Source of the DNA: a virus
Taxonomy: Duplodnaviria > Caudoviricetes
Reading direction: 5' to 3' (one strand)
Length of the DNA: 55,555 nucleotides
IMG/VR virus record: IMGVR_UViG_3300049489_001004
Span: 1-55,555 of that record
Of this stretch, positions 23,860 through 34,272 are shown in pieces. The stretch's first letter is position 1. The number at the start of each line of letters is the position of its first letter. Made by a program: the position numbers and the translations under genes. The notes under the pieces are model-generated. The model saw only the letters and a program-made list of their open reading frames with translations. It did not search any database and was not told the DNA's origin.

Positions 23860-24201
23860 ATGCTCCGCATGGCAAAACCAGATCCAAAAAACAACATTCC
23901 TGTTCACTCATTTGTCTATCCCAATAAGGAATATTGGGATAAGGTACAAAAAATGGCCAATAGAATGGCCTTCTCTCAAGAAAAGTATGGAGATTTGGCT
24001 GATGCGTATCCGCATTCTGTAGATGCTCTCGCCAACTTAAAGCAGAGGATTGAATTTTACGAACGGACGGGTAACATCGAATGGCTTCTGGACGCAGCAA
24101 ATTTTGCTGTGATCGAGGCGATTCATCCCGCACACACCGATGCTCACTTTCGCCCAACTGATTCCGATGAATCACCAGGGCTTCGGACCTTTCAAGAATA
24201 A
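23860..24201 (+). CDS. Hypothetical protein
   Basis: NRMAFS..KYG...YERTGNIEWLLDAANFA motif; lone + strand gene. Confidence 0.7.
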   Translation: MLRMAKPDPKNNIPVHSFVYPNKEYWDKVQKMANRMAFSQEKYGDLADAYPHSVDALANLKQRIEFYERTGNIEWLLDAANFAVIEAIHPAHTDAHFRPTDSDESPGLRTFQE

Positions 24202-25031
24202 GGGTCATAGCTGATTAGCTTATTCTTTTTCTTTTCGGCCTGTTCCACATTGAACCTACCTGCAGCGCAGGTGCCGTCTTTTTGATAGCTACACATCCGA
24301 CACTTCCAAGCCAAACCCTTGGGTAGTGTAGTATAATTATTATTCTCTCTGATTTTTTCTATTGCTTCGGCAAGTCGATTCTCTACATCAGAGAATTCTT
24401 CGTCAGAGAAGCTATGCTTCTTTAGCTTGTTGCTCTTTAGATAATGCAACATAGCAGTAATCTTTTTATCCGAGTGAAGATACTTCATATATAAGGCGTA
24501 GATACCTAACTGTAAGTTGTAAGGCACTTCCTTATCGGGGACTTCCCAAGCTCCTGTTTTATAATCTGTAATGATTACCTCTGTATCTGTAATCAAAACG
24601 CGATCGATAAAACCACGGATTAATACTCCAGCAAATACGAACTGGAACGCAAACTCTGGCTCAGTAATCCTTACTGCCGATGGACCTTCCCTCATTACAA
24701 ATTCTTGTAACATCGGGATGCCGCTTTCGAACAGTTCGTCAGAGACATACTGTTGATCCGGGTCGTGCTCTTCTCGGGCTGCTCTATAGTTATCTAGAAG
24801 TTCCGCTAGGGATAACTTTTCTCCATCAACTAAGGTTACCTCTAGAGCCGTATGGATCATATTACCTAAGAGCGCTTTGTCCCCAGGCTCTTGTGGTATT
24901 TTAAGAATATAGTTATAAAAATACTGCGCCTGACACCAGTCAAACGCATTGATTCTGGAATAACTAAAATCCTGTAACGCTAGTTTTTCAAATTCTGATA
25001 TCTCATCTAATAAACGAATGTTAGGCTTCAA
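24192..25031 (-). CDS. RecB/Cas4-like PD-(D/E)XK exonuclease
   Basis: FSYSRI..F.WC, GFIDRV, DYKTG, QLGIYA and C-terminal CRMC..C motifs. Confidence 0.88.
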   Translation of the reverse strand: MKPNIRLLDEISEFEKLALQDFSYSRINAFDWCQAQYFYNYILKIPQEPGDKALLGNMIHTALEVTLVDGEKLSLAELLDNYRAAREEHDPDQQYVSDELFESGIPMLQEFVMREGPSAVRITEPEFAFQFVFAGVLIRGFIDRVLITDTEVIITDYKTGAWEVPDKEVPYNLQLGIYALYMKYLHSDKKITAMLHYLKSNKLKKHSFSDEEFSDVENRLAEAIEKIRENNNYTTLPKGLAWKCRMCSYQKDGTCAAGRFNVEQAEKKKNKLISYDPYS

Positions 25032-25097
25032 CTTATTTGGCCACCTTTCCCAAAGCTGACCTTTGAGATATTATAATATTAAATAGTATTATATCAG

Positions 25098-25433
25098 CTA
25101 TTTGTTTATATCGCTAATAAATTTTAATATCCATGGGTTATCCATGAAAACAGCCATTAAGCTTCCAGCGTAAGAAGACACTATAAACTCTTCTATTTGC
25201 TCAGATCCTATGGCGTAACCTATACCATTGTCATACCAAATACAATGTAAGATCTCGTGCATAAGAGTATCGGCAAATGAATTTTCGGATTGAGACAAAC
25301 TTATCTCAATGACTTCCTCATAATGCTTGGACTGTCCTAGTAGAGCTCCCTTTTTAATACTCTTCTTAATTCTTATTGTGTATTTTTTACTTCCAACTTT
25401 TACAATACGACCATCAATCTGACTTAGATCCAT
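25098..25433 (-). CDS. HExxH metallopeptidase-like protein
   Basis: DTLMHEILHCI...EE. Confidence 0.75.
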   Translation of the reverse strand: MDLSQIDGRIVKVGSKKYTIRIKKSIKKGALLGQSKHYEEVIEISLSQSENSFADTLMHEILHCIWYDNGIGYAIGSEQIEEFIVSSYAGSLMAVFMDNPWILKFISDINK

Positions 25434-25840
25434 TCGTAATCGTCCAGATCTTCCTGGTAATAAGTTACTGTATAGGCATTGGGGAGATCTTTATCTGTAT
25501 GTAAAGAGTACATTTCTACGCCGTCTTTATCGTAGACTATGCCCTCTGGAGAAACCTTCCCTGCTCCACCAGGGAGCTGAATCCAGCCTTCCTCATCTGC
25601 GATGAAGGCGTCTTCAATAAAAGCGTGATCGTGTTCCATATGTTTCTTTTCCTCTTCTGCTTGAGTTTTTATTTCATTAAGTAAATCGATAAAGTCTTCA
25701 AGGTCTTCGTTGTTTCCGATCTTAAAAACAGCGGTGCCAATCCTGCCCCAAAAGATTAATTCGCTATGTTGGCCTATTTCGTAAACCGATGCTGCTTGCC
25801 CATTGTCAGACTCTAGAGTAAACAAATGTTCATTTCTCAT
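25424..25840 (-). CDS. Hypothetical acidic protein
   Basis: Operon packing. Confidence 0.65.
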   Translation of the reverse strand: MRNEHLFTLESDNGQAASVYEIGQHSELIFWGRIGTAVFKIGNNEDLEDFIDLLNEIKTQAEEEKKHMEHDHAFIEDAFIADEEGWIQLPGGAGKVSPEGIVYDKDGVEMYSLHTDKDLPNAYTVTYYQEDLDDYEWI

Positions 25841-26058
25841 CTATTGTTCTGCCTTGGTAGGTCTCTATGTTTTAGATGTAGTTCGTAATGAAACTTTTTC
25901 ATAGTTAGACTTACAAGAGCTCCGCAGGCCAGACATTCAACTACCGGCAGCAAAGATCCATCATCTAATCCTACTGAATAAGATTTAGCGGAAAAATATA
26001 AATCAACATCATAAGCCATAATCATGTGCCTCGATTGGATTATAATGTTCATCTTCAA
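25837..26058 (-). CDS. Hypothetical protein
   Basis: CLACGALV...H...H; start uncertain. Confidence 0.55.
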   Translation of the reverse strand: MKMNIIIQSRHMIMAYDVDLYFSAKSYSVGLDDGSLLPVVECLACGALVSLTMKKFHYELHLKHRDLPRQNNR

Positions 26059-26437
26059 AGCGTTCTCTTAGCTCATTAAGATAAGCTTCCCAGTCTCGCT
26101 CGTCTTCTGTCTTTTCAATTTGTAAGACCTTGCCCTTGAATGGGTTAACCTTATACTTGACTTGAACAAAAGTACTGTCTGCCTTTACGTATTGAAGGAT
26201 TCCTTCCGTACAGCGACAGCGATCATCCTCGATTGGGTCAGTAACACCATTCAAATCAAATCTACCGGAGCAACCTGAACACGCTGCGCGAGTTCCTTTC
26301 GCAGCACATCTATAACAAGCTTGACATGTTTCCCAACAATGTCTTTCGGCAGGGTTTCTGTGAGTACCTCTCGCAGCCATATAATTACTTCTTCCTCTGT
26401 ATGTATTTATCGAGTAATTTTTCCCCAGCCTCGTCAA
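26009..26437 (-). CDS. Cys-rich hypothetical protein
   Basis: CWETCQACYRC, CSGC and CRC; true start likely MAARG. Confidence 0.65.
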   Translation of the reverse strand: MTRLGKNYSINTYRGRSNYMAARGTHRNPAERHCWETCQACYRCAAKGTRAACSGCSGRFDLNGVTDPIEDDRCRCTEGILQYVKADSTFVQVKYKVNPFKGKVLQIEKTEDERDWEAYLNELRERFEDEHYNPIEAHDYGL

Positions 26438-29400
26438 TCCTATGCGGAGAGAGAGATTTCAAATAAAGTTTAGCGTCTGGATGCTTATTTAAAATGTAAA
26501 CTTTTTTATTTCCTGGGTTCTCTAACAGTATTTTATTTATTATAACAAGCTCATTTTGATTCTCCACCTTTAAAGAAATAGATGTAAGCAGGTCATCTAT
26601 TGTTTTTGGAGTATGAACGTCTACGATTGATGTAATGTAGATAACAGATTCTTCTTCATCTCTTTCTTGTAAGCGACAATAAAAAGAAATAAAGGCACCG
26701 GGTTGAAGTAATTCTTCCAAAGTGGTCTTTAGTTTACTCTCGATAAACTCCACTTGCTTACCTAAGATAAGCGCCTGAATAATAGAAGAACCATCTTCTA
26801 CTCTAAATTTTGCGTATTTTTTGCCAGCTTTCGAAACTTTAACTTCTGGATCTTTGACTAGCCCACAGAATCTAATCTTGTCAGAGAACGCTGTGACATC
26901 GGAAACTGGGCTTGTTACCTTATCGAAAGTTAAAGAATTATAATAGATGGCGAAAGGATCGTCCGTGACTGCCAGTCCGAGATATTCATTCTCTTTATTT
27001 AGTATAACTAATTGCTCAGAAATTTCGACATCTATGTCTTCTACTAATTCATCTGAGATCAACTCATCAAAAGCACCGCTGTATACCATCGCCTCAACAA
27101 AGGTTTTATCGATCACTTTGGTGTTAGCGTTAATGAAAAAGTCAGTTATCGTTTTATAGGATTTGCCAGATTCTTCCCTGAAGTTTACGAAACTAGAGGA
27201 TTTTGTTTCTCCAATTCCCTTAAGGCCCGATATTGAAAACAATACTCTACCTTCCGAGGTAGTGAAATCGAACCCAGAATAATTGACAGAAGGAGGCGTA
27301 ACCTCGACACCTATCTTTTCTCTTACGTCATTCAGAACGGGACGGAATTTTTTTCCATCTCCGAACATTTCTGAAGTTAGACATGCTGCACTAAATTCTG
27401 CTGGATAATAGTACTTAAGATAGGCCGTGATATAACTTAAATAAGCATAAACAGAGGCGTGGGCTGCCGAGAAAGAGTAGTCTGCGTGTGGCTCAATTGC
27501 CGCGAATAACTCTTCGGCTTCACGTTGTGATATACCGCCGTTGGCGACACACCCTTCCGTGAAAGATCCCTTCGTTGCCGCCATTGCCTCTCGGTCTTTC
27601 TTACCGATGCTCTTGAGGAATTTATTTGCTGCAGTAGGATCAAATCCAGCAATCTCTTTTGCAACCGCCATTACCTGCTCTTGGTAAAGAAGAATACCAT
27701 ACGTATCTTTCAGCACATCTCCAAGCAAGGGATGTAGCGGGATTGGCTTTTGCTTGCCCCTTTTTCTTTTAGCGTAGGAATGATGGAACCCGGACCCCAT
27801 AGGACCTGGTCGGTATAAAGCCAGGGCTGCCATGATATCTTTTACCGAATTGATCCCCATCGCCTTTGCTAGATTGGTCAATCCATCTGAGCCCATCTGG
27901 AAAACTTGTGCGGTATTACCACGTGATAGGGAATCAAAAACTAGTGGGTCAGGATTTTCTACTAACTCATACGGTGGGCCAATCTCGATACCATGAACCT
28001 TTTTGACCCGGTTGATGGTGTCTTGAATAATATCTAATGTTGTTAGGCCCAACATATCGATCTTCAAGAGACCGACTTCCTCTACCGTTCTCATGTCCCA
28101 TTGGGTTACGACTGGCTCACCTGGTCCCTTTTGCTTAATTGGGCAATAATTCGTAATGATATCGTCAGCAATAATTATGCCACCAGCATGGATGCCGTCA
28201 CTTCGCCATAGGTTCTCCAGCTTCTTACCGACATCAATAACCTTTTTGACATCTGGATCTTCGTTGTAGATCCTAGAAAACTCTTCTGCTTCTAGACACT
28301 CATCAAGTGTTTTAGTGACGCCAAATTGAGCAGGGGGCATTGTTTTAACAATATCCTGAGAGAAGTTAAAGGGAAAACCCATAACTCTAGCTACATCATT
28401 AATACAAGATTTGGCTTTTAACTGAGAGATAGTAATAATTTGAGCAGTTTTTTCGTGCCCGTACTTGTTACGAATATAATCTAAGACCTTGTCCCTATAA
28501 CGACTGTCTACGTCTACGTCGATATCCGGTACTCGACCAGGGGTTAAGAATCTTTCGAAGAGTAAGCCATACTCCAATGGGTTGATGTGTGTAATCCCAA
28601 GACAATAAGAAACTAAGCTAGACGCAGAGCTACCTCGGCCAGGACCTATAAGGATACCATTTTCTAGACACCACTTAATAATATCAGCTACGATTAGAAA
28701 ATAACTATCGTAACCCATCTCTTGAATGATCTTAACCTCCGTGTTAAGGCGTTCTGCTACGTCTCTACGTTCGGTTTTCCAATTTAGACCGAACCTTTGT
28801 TCGGCTCCATCCATAATAGCTTGGATGAAATAGTCCGGGATAACTTTGATCGGAGATTCTTCCGGTATTTCAAAGACCGGGTAATGGTGTGAGTCCAAAT
28901 CAATATTGAGATCAAGTTTTTCTGGAATAAGAAGTGTGTTATGAACCCATTCTTTGGGGAAAAGATCCACCATCTCTTCATATGATTTCAGATAAAACTC
29001 ATCACCAGAGAACTTGAAACGATTAGGCGTAGTTAATTGGCTGGCGGTACTTATACACAATAAAATGTCATGGTCATCATGATCATGCCTATGGGTATAA
29101 TGGCTATCGCATGTCGGCACGATGGGGGCGTCGATAGCTTTTGCTATTTTTACAAGGCCTTCGTGGACTGCCTTTTCTTCTGGGATTCCATGATCCATTA
29201 TCTCAATGAAATAATTATCTTTGCCCACTATGCCCTGCATAGTTCCAGCCTCAGCTAAGGCGGCTTCATAGTCCCCACGAAGAAGAGCTTGCTGAAGAGC
29301 ACCAGAAAGGCAGCCAGAAAGAACCACTAGTCCCTCCGAGTACCTTTCGATTAACTCAAGATCAACCCTGGGCTTACGGGCAAAGCCTTCCAGGAAGGCA

Positions 29401-29762
29401 GCTGAAGAAAGCTTCATCAGGTTTACATAACCTACATTATTATAGGCAAGAATGGTCTGATGATATGGGCCACGTTGGCCCCATTCGTTAATTGAGGGAC
29501 CAGACATTTCTTCTTGGTCGGTATCAAACCTAGACTTTCTTGCCCTGTATGCCTCAATCCCGGGCATAAAGGGAATCCCAAGCTTTTTAGCCGACTTGTA
29601 GGTCGCCATCAAGGTGTGAAGGTTTCCGTGGTCAGTAGAGGTAATGCAGGGTTGACCGAGTTCTAATGCTCTCTGAGCATATTCCTCTGGCTTAGACATT
29701 CCGTCTAAGAAGGAGCCGTATGTATGATTGTGTGCGTTAAAAAATTGGTTTTTATTTTTCAT
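26385..29762 (-). CDS. dnaE: DNA polymerase III alpha subunit
   Basis: PHP domain (HNHT, TDHG), GPGRGS, PDIDVD, HAGG, LLKIDMLGL and LYQEQ motifs. Confidence 0.96.
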   Translation of the reverse strand: MKNKNQFFNAHNHTYGSFLDGMSKPEEYAQRALELGQPCITSTDHGNLHTLMATYKSAKKLGIPFMPGIEAYRARKSRFDTDQEEMSGPSINEWGQRGPYHQTILAYNNVGYVNLMKLSSAAFLEGFARKPRVDLELIERYSEGLVVLSGCLSGALQQALLRGDYEAALAEAGTMQGIVGKDNYFIEIMDHGIPEEKAVHEGLVKIAKAIDAPIVPTCDSHYTHRHDHDDHDILLCISTASQLTTPNRFKFSGDEFYLKSYEEMVDLFPKEWVHNTLLIPEKLDLNIDLDSHHYPVFEIPEESPIKVIPDYFIQAIMDGAEQRFGLNWKTERRDVAERLNTEVKIIQEMGYDSYFLIVADIIKWCLENGILIGPGRGSSASSLVSYCLGITHINPLEYGLLFERFLTPGRVPDIDVDVDSRYRDKVLDYIRNKYGHEKTAQIITISQLKAKSCINDVARVMGFPFNFSQDIVKTMPPAQFGVTKTLDECLEAEEFSRIYNEDPDVKKVIDVGKKLENLWRSDGIHAGGIIIADDIITNYCPIKQKGPGEPVVTQWDMRTVEEVGLLKIDMLGLTTLDIIQDTINRVKKVHGIEIGPPYELVENPDPLVFDSLSRGNTAQVFQMGSDGLTNLAKAMGINSVKDIMAALALYRPGPMGSGFHHSYAKRKRGKQKPIPLHPLLGDVLKDTYGILLYQEQVMAVAKEIAGFDPTAANKFLKSIGKKDREAMAATKGSFTEGCVANGGISQREAEELFAAIEPHADYSFSAAHASVYAYLSYITAYLKYYYPAEFSAACLTSEMFGDGKKFRPVLNDVREKIGVEVTPPSVNYSGFDFTTSEGRVLFSISGLKGIGETKSSSFVNFREESGKSYKTITDFFINANTKVIDKTFVEAMVYSGAFDELISDELVEDIDVEISEQLVILNKENEYLGLAVTDDPFAIYYNSLTFDKVTSPVSDVTAFSDKIRFCGLVKDPEVKVSKAGKKYAKFRVEDGSSIIQALILGKQVEFIESKLKTTLEELLQPGAFISFYCRLQERDEEESVIYITSIVDVHTPKTIDDLLTSISLKVENQNELVIINKILLENPGNKKVYILNKHPDAKLYLKSLSPHRIDEAGEKLLDKYIQRKK

Positions 29763-30943
29763 TTTTCAGTGGCTGCTTTTAAAGCCACAGTAAGATATAA
29801 GTTTTCCCATAAAGTTGAATCCTTACCCACTGCATTAAGATTGCCATTGTTACGGGTGGCGGCATCCCAAGCTTTATTTAATAACTCATAGGCAACCTCT
29901 TCCCAGGAAGTAAGTACGCTGCTAAAATCTTTTTTCCATCTAGCAGAACCGTTTTCGTCTAGCTCAATATGTACTCGCATTGCAGCAAGCAGCGGCCAGA
30001 CAATTGGGTCTTGAAGCACATGAGAGTTTGTAAACTTGCTTCCAAAAAATATATTTCTATTCTTAGAAACCCTTAACTTAGCCAGATAAGAAGATCCGTA
30101 CTTACCGTGACCATTTTTCTTTTCATTCCATAAATCTTGTGCTGATAAAGCAATATAATCATGTAACTGAGCTACTTCAATGGCTATGGGGTATAGTGCC
30201 TCAAAATTCTTGGGTTCAGAAAGGAAACGTTCGACAACTTTACCCTTGCTAGAATAGGCTAATTTAGGATGGGAGCTGCTGTCAGGGTAGTCGATAATAT
30301 TTACACATTCTAGATATCTAATTATGTCACCAACGTCGAGAGGATTATTCTCGTTGTCTTGCCATGAGATTTGGTCTGAGTAATCAGCAAAAACGTTTTT
30401 AAGTTGATCGAAATCTCCATCAAGATTAGCCAATGAAGATTTTGAAACCTGAATAGAACTATTTAATCCACCCGTTATTTGTACTACTAACTCGTTTGTC
30501 AGCCCGGAAATACATTCAACTTTGACATATTCAGTTGGAATAGGAATATTTGCTTCTTCACACTCTTCGATGACTGAGCGAATTATATCGTAAGTATGGC
30601 CACCGTTAATAATTCCACATGATACTGGATCAGTAGTCTCAAAAGTAATCTCTGCTTGATGAGTAGTATTGTCATACTTAAGATCAGATATCAACCATGT
30701 CATGCCTTGATTTCTTAAATGGAATGCTCCACGATTATTATCTTCGTTAGCATCTAAGAGACCTTCCCTAATCTCTTTGTAAAGTTTCTTGTTTATGTTA
30801 GATACTCTAGGGTTAACATCCTTGGGTAAGCCCGCAGGGACATCTTTAACCCGTAAATAAAAAGTTGACCTCTTCACCGAGTCCCCATACGAGGGGTCTT
30901 TCATGGTGCGGAGATCAACGATGGGTAGCGATACTGTCTTCAT
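29759..30943 (-). CDS. AIPR family protein
   Basis: NPR, FHLRNQG, IINGGHT and LNSSIQV motifs. Confidence 0.85.
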   Translation of the reverse strand: MKTVSLPIVDLRTMKDPSYGDSVKRSTFYLRVKDVPAGLPKDVNPRVSNINKKLYKEIREGLLDANEDNNRGAFHLRNQGMTWLISDLKYDNTTHQAEITFETTDPVSCGIINGGHTYDIIRSVIEECEEANIPIPTEYVKVECISGLTNELVVQITGGLNSSIQVSKSSLANLDGDFDQLKNVFADYSDQISWQDNENNPLDVGDIIRYLECVNIIDYPDSSSHPKLAYSSKGKVVERFLSEPKNFEALYPIAIEVAQLHDYIALSAQDLWNEKKNGHGKYGSSYLAKLRVSKNRNIFFGSKFTNSHVLQDPIVWPLLAAMRVHIELDENGSARWKKDFSSVLTSWEEVAYELLNKAWDAATRNNGNLNAVGKDSTLWENLYLTVALKAATEK

Positions 30944-31008
30944 TTTTATTTCCTTTGATATTTGCTTGATAGCAATATTTTACGAGTAGACTTTTGCCTC
31001 TCGATTAC

Positions 31009-31038
31009 AATAGTATCATGGTTTACGAATGGTTACAA
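31009..31038 (-). promoter_or_regulatory. Promoter upstream of AIPR-dnaE
   Basis: TTGTAA-17-TACTAT on the minus strand. Confidence 0.6.
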
Positions 31039-31062
31039 CCCCTTTTTCTAGATTAACTAATA

Positions 31063-31398
31063 TTATCTATCGTTACCTGATCCGGACAATACGCCTCTAT
31101 CTTTACGAGACCTAAGTTTATCCAAATTCTGTTGGGCCACTACACCGAAATCAAAACCAAGGTCTTCACATATAGCAGCAAGATACCAGATGATATCACC
31201 AATTTCTTTGTGTAAATGCTCTAATCTTTCCGCTGAAAACTCACCGTTCTCATCTCTAAGAGCTTTCTTTACTAGCTCTAAAGTTTCTCCGACTTCGCCA
31301 GATAAACCAAGGGCAGGATAGATAACCTTAAACTTCTCGGGATATATTCTAGTGTCACTCGAAAGAAGCTGATACTCTTTAAAGGTTAGATTTTCCAT
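31063..31398 (-). CDS. MazG-like NTP pyrophosphohydrolase
   Basis: LGLSGEVGE...KEIGDIIWY...NLDKL..R...GSGNDR. Confidence 0.92.
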   Translation of the reverse strand: MENLTFKEYQLLSSDTRIYPEKFKVIYPALGLSGEVGETLELVKKALRDENGEFSAERLEHLHKEIGDIIWYLAAICEDLGFDFGVVAQQNLDKLRSRKDRGVLSGSGNDR

Positions 31399-31456
31399 GA
31401 TTATTCCTTTGTTCCGTTACTATTAATATACATTTATTCTATCAAGGAATCGAATA

Positions 31457-31657
31457 ATGACTGATCAAAATAATGAATTTTTCTTTGGCGACTTTGAACC
31501 TGAAGACGCGTATTGTGTGGGCGACCCGAAACCCGAAGATATTGACTGGGTAGAGGTGCAAAGGCTGCAGGATCTAATCGATGCCTTACCTAACGGCCCT
31601 CAACAGCGAAAGGCTGCGGCAAGGGCTCTTCAGGCAAAACTATCAGGAAACGCATAA
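31457..31657 (+). CDS. Small protein coupled to the endolysin
   Basis: AAGGA RBS; TAATG overlap. Confidence 0.6.
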   Translation: MTDQNNEFFFGDFEPEDAYCVGDPKPEDIDWVEVQRLQDLIDALPNGPQQRKAAARALQAKLSGNA

Positions 31658-32631
31658 TGGGGACTAAATTTTTACTTGATTTAGATGATGTATTACGCAG
31701 CGCAGGCGCTCCCGTAATCGAAGTTAATGGCTGGGAATTTCGTTCCAGAAGCAGTGGTGGTTACGATAACGGATTACCAACACATATAATGTGGCATCAT
31801 ACCGCTTCGTCTCCACGTAGCGATGGATTAAATGACGTTAACTACATTTGCTTTAACGCCCCAGATAAACCGATTGCAAACCTATATATTGATCGCCAAG
31901 GTAATGTTTGGGTCTGCGCAGGCGGGGCCACCAATACCAATGGCAAAGGGCTAGACACCTGGGGCGGCGGAGTTCCAGTCAATTCTATGAACAAATATGC
32001 TATCGGAATTGAAATAGCTAATGATGGCGTTGGCGAATCATATACATATGCTCAGCATTCTAGTATTAGAAAGATCGCCACGGCCCTAAGTAAAGCTTAC
32101 AATATTCCCGCTCATAATCATAGAGCTCATTTTGAATGGGCACCAGGGCGAAAGACAGACCCGGCGGGTCCCCCTACCCCATGGGCTAATCCACAAAATA
32201 GAAATATGTGGGACATGGATCTGTTCCGCAAAGAAGTCAATCAAACATTAGTAACGCAACCACCTGCGTCTCAAGGAGTTCCTGACGTGTTTTATCCTAT
32301 TAATCCGTTCCGTAATTCGGACACAAGGCTTTATGGCGGGCTTGGCCTAGATCCCAAGGTTGATCATACGTTCGAATTAAATTCTGCCGTATTCCCCGCA
32401 AACATCACCGCTATAGCACTGAACCTGGCGGTTATTCCCGCTGGAATAGCTGGGTTTTTAACCGTATGGCCAGACGGCTTTAATCGGCCTACGGCTTCAG
32501 TAGTTAACTATGAGGCCGCAGGCGTTCATAGTGGAGCTGTTGTAGTTGGAGTTAAAAGCGGAAAGTTTAAACTCTATCTATCTTCGCGAGCTCATGTTAC
32601 TTGTGATGTAACAGGCTACTGGACAGTCTGA
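31657..32631 (+). CDS. N-acetylmuramoyl-L-alanine amidase (endolysin)
   Basis: WHHTAS, IGIEIAN, HFEWAPGRKTDP; C-terminal P.R..DTR...GFLTVWP...DVTGY domain. Confidence 0.9.
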   Translation: MGTKFLLDLDDVLRSAGAPVIEVNGWEFRSRSSGGYDNGLPTHIMWHHTASSPRSDGLNDVNYICFNAPDKPIANLYIDRQGNVWVCAGGATNTNGKGLDTWGGGVPVNSMNKYAIGIEIANDGVGESYTYAQHSSIRKIATALSKAYNIPAHNHRAHFEWAPGRKTDPAGPPTPWANPQNRNMWDMDLFRKEVNQTLVTQPPASQGVPDVFYPINPFRNSDTRLYGGLGLDPKVDHTFELNSAVFPANITAIALNLAVIPAGIAGFLTVWPDGFNRPTASVVNYEAAGVHSGAVVVGVKSGKFKLYLSSRAHVTCDVTGYWTV

Positions 32632-32868
32632 TTACAGGTAACGTTTTCCGCTGCGAGAGTCTTCTAAGAATTGATTATAAGCGCTCTCGGGAATTTCCAT
32701 AGTTACACCGCCACATGAAAAGCACGGCGGTAGCATTCCATTAGCGTACCAAGAAGAGTTCATTACTCTATCTGAGTTCAAAATGGCTCGGCATTCCTTA
32801 CATACAACTACGTATGGATCCGATGAACCCTGTGGGGTGTATGGAATTTGATCTTTGTCTTCGGCCAT
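32632..32868 (-). CDS. Zn-ribbon protein
   Basis: CKEC...CFSCGG. Confidence 0.65.
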   Translation of the reverse strand: MAEDKDQIPYTPQGSSDPYVVVCKECRAILNSDRVMNSSWYANGMLPPCFSCGGVTMEIPESAYNQFLEDSRSGKRYL

Positions 32869-32870
32869 TA

Positions 32871-34079
32871 TTAGGCTCCTATTTCATGGTACCTATAAGC
32901 AAATCTTATAGGCGATGGATCGGCAACGTGTTCGGCGCCGAGATCATTTTTATATAACTTGGGCTGTAAGTCGTCACAACCGCTACAAATTATACCAGAA
33001 GACTTTGCTTTTCCACATGTATATGGCCTACCGCCAATTCCATTCTCTCTTCTGCGAATCCAGTCTCGAATGTGAAGATCTGATATATGGAAATTATAAT
33101 CGCTACATTGAGAGAATATCTTCTGTAGGTGTTCAATTGCTTCTGGTGTATATGTCATAAGAGAACATAAGAAGAGTCTTTCGTAATGTTCAAGATGATG
33201 AACTGTATTCGCTTTCTGAATCATTTCGTCTACAGCTGGACAATGCTTACGAAGGGAAGACGGATCATATTCCCTGACAAAATCACCGTGTACCACAGTA
33301 CTAGAAGATCCTTGCGAAAGGAAATTAGATAGCTTGTCTGTCTCTCTTTCCCTTATTATATCCTCATATGTGGCGACTAATTCCGAAAAGAATCTAGCTG
33401 CAGTAGGAGAAAACTCTTGGTCTGGTACGAGTAGTTCTTCTTCTGTAGGTTTCTTTTCGGCTGCCTTAGAAATAGTATCGATACTTGCACCATTTAACAT
33501 CATATCTTTACAGGGAATTTTATATAAACCTGTCTTTTGATGTTTAGAGCCAGCCAATCTCCAGATACGTCGAGGATCATATACTGCATAATCGAAAGAC
33601 GTTATAGCTAGCCTTTGGGCGAATTCTTCTGCCGCGAACCTGAATATAGCAGCAGAGTTTTCAGCTATCAAGTTTAACCTAATCGCAATGGACTCGCATT
33701 CGACGTGATATCCTTTCATTCCTGAAAAGTAAACTCTTATTGCGTCATAAGGGATCTGAACATCTTCTAAAAAGTAACGAAGAAGGCATTGAGTGTCTCT
33801 GTATGCGCTTTCGGGATCATCCTTATTGTCTATGTCAAAATGAAGCGGTGCCAGCGAAGGGCCTTCAAGACCACCCTGTTCCAAATCATAATGTCTAATA
33901 GAATGATATATACCTAAGTCATCGTGGTCGGAAGAAAACTTATAAATATCCGCCCAAGGTATTAAAATAGGTTGATGTTTTTTATCTTGAACTCTTTTCA
34001 AGCGATTTTCTTCAGGAAAGAATCTAGCTAATTCGACATGAGTAAACTTAGAAAAGTAACCTTCATTAGGAAGTTTCAT
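32871..34079 (-). CDS. Archaeo-eukaryotic-type primase with C-terminal Cys (PriL-like) domain
   Basis: HFDID, FSGMKGYH, YDPRRIWRL motifs; CPA...LEHYER...YTC...C..C...SPI. Confidence 0.85.
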   Translation of the reverse strand: MKLPNEGYFSKFTHVELARFFPEENRLKRVQDKKHQPILIPWADIYKFSSDHDDLGIYHSIRHYDLEQGGLEGPSLAPLHFDIDNKDDPESAYRDTQCLLRYFLEDVQIPYDAIRVYFSGMKGYHVECESIAIRLNLIAENSAAIFRFAAEEFAQRLAITSFDYAVYDPRRIWRLAGSKHQKTGLYKIPCKDMMLNGASIDTISKAAEKKPTEEELLVPDQEFSPTAARFFSELVATYEDIIRERETDKLSNFLSQGSSSTVVHGDFVREYDPSSLRKHCPAVDEMIQKANTVHHLEHYERLFLCSLMTYTPEAIEHLQKIFSQCSDYNFHISDLHIRDWIRRRENGIGGRPYTCGKAKSSGIICSGCDDLQPKLYKNDLGAEHVADPSPIRFAYRYHEIGA

Positions 34080-34272
34080 TTAACTTAATATACCTTTCTT
34101 GCTCTCCATGTTTCCATAAAACAACGCTATCTTTATCTCTGATAAAAGACGCATGTTGTTTATAATAAGCCAAAAGATCAAGAATAGAATCTAGATTTTT
34201 GACTAAATAGTACCTTTTATTTATCTTCTGGTTCATCAAATTCCCAGCGATCTGATATAACATCTGGTCCAT
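34066..34272 (-). CDS. Hypothetical protein
   Basis: Fills gap in replication operon; start likely MNQK. Confidence 0.5.
   Translation of the reverse strand: MDQMLYQIAGNLMNQKINKRYYLVKNLDSILDLLAYYKQHASFIRDKDSVVLWKHGEQERYIKLNETS

Noticed and set aside
24192-25031. Cas4 as evidence of a CRISPR-Cas system
   Set aside because: Stand-alone RecB/Cas4-like nucleases are common in phages, and there is no cas1, cas2 or array.
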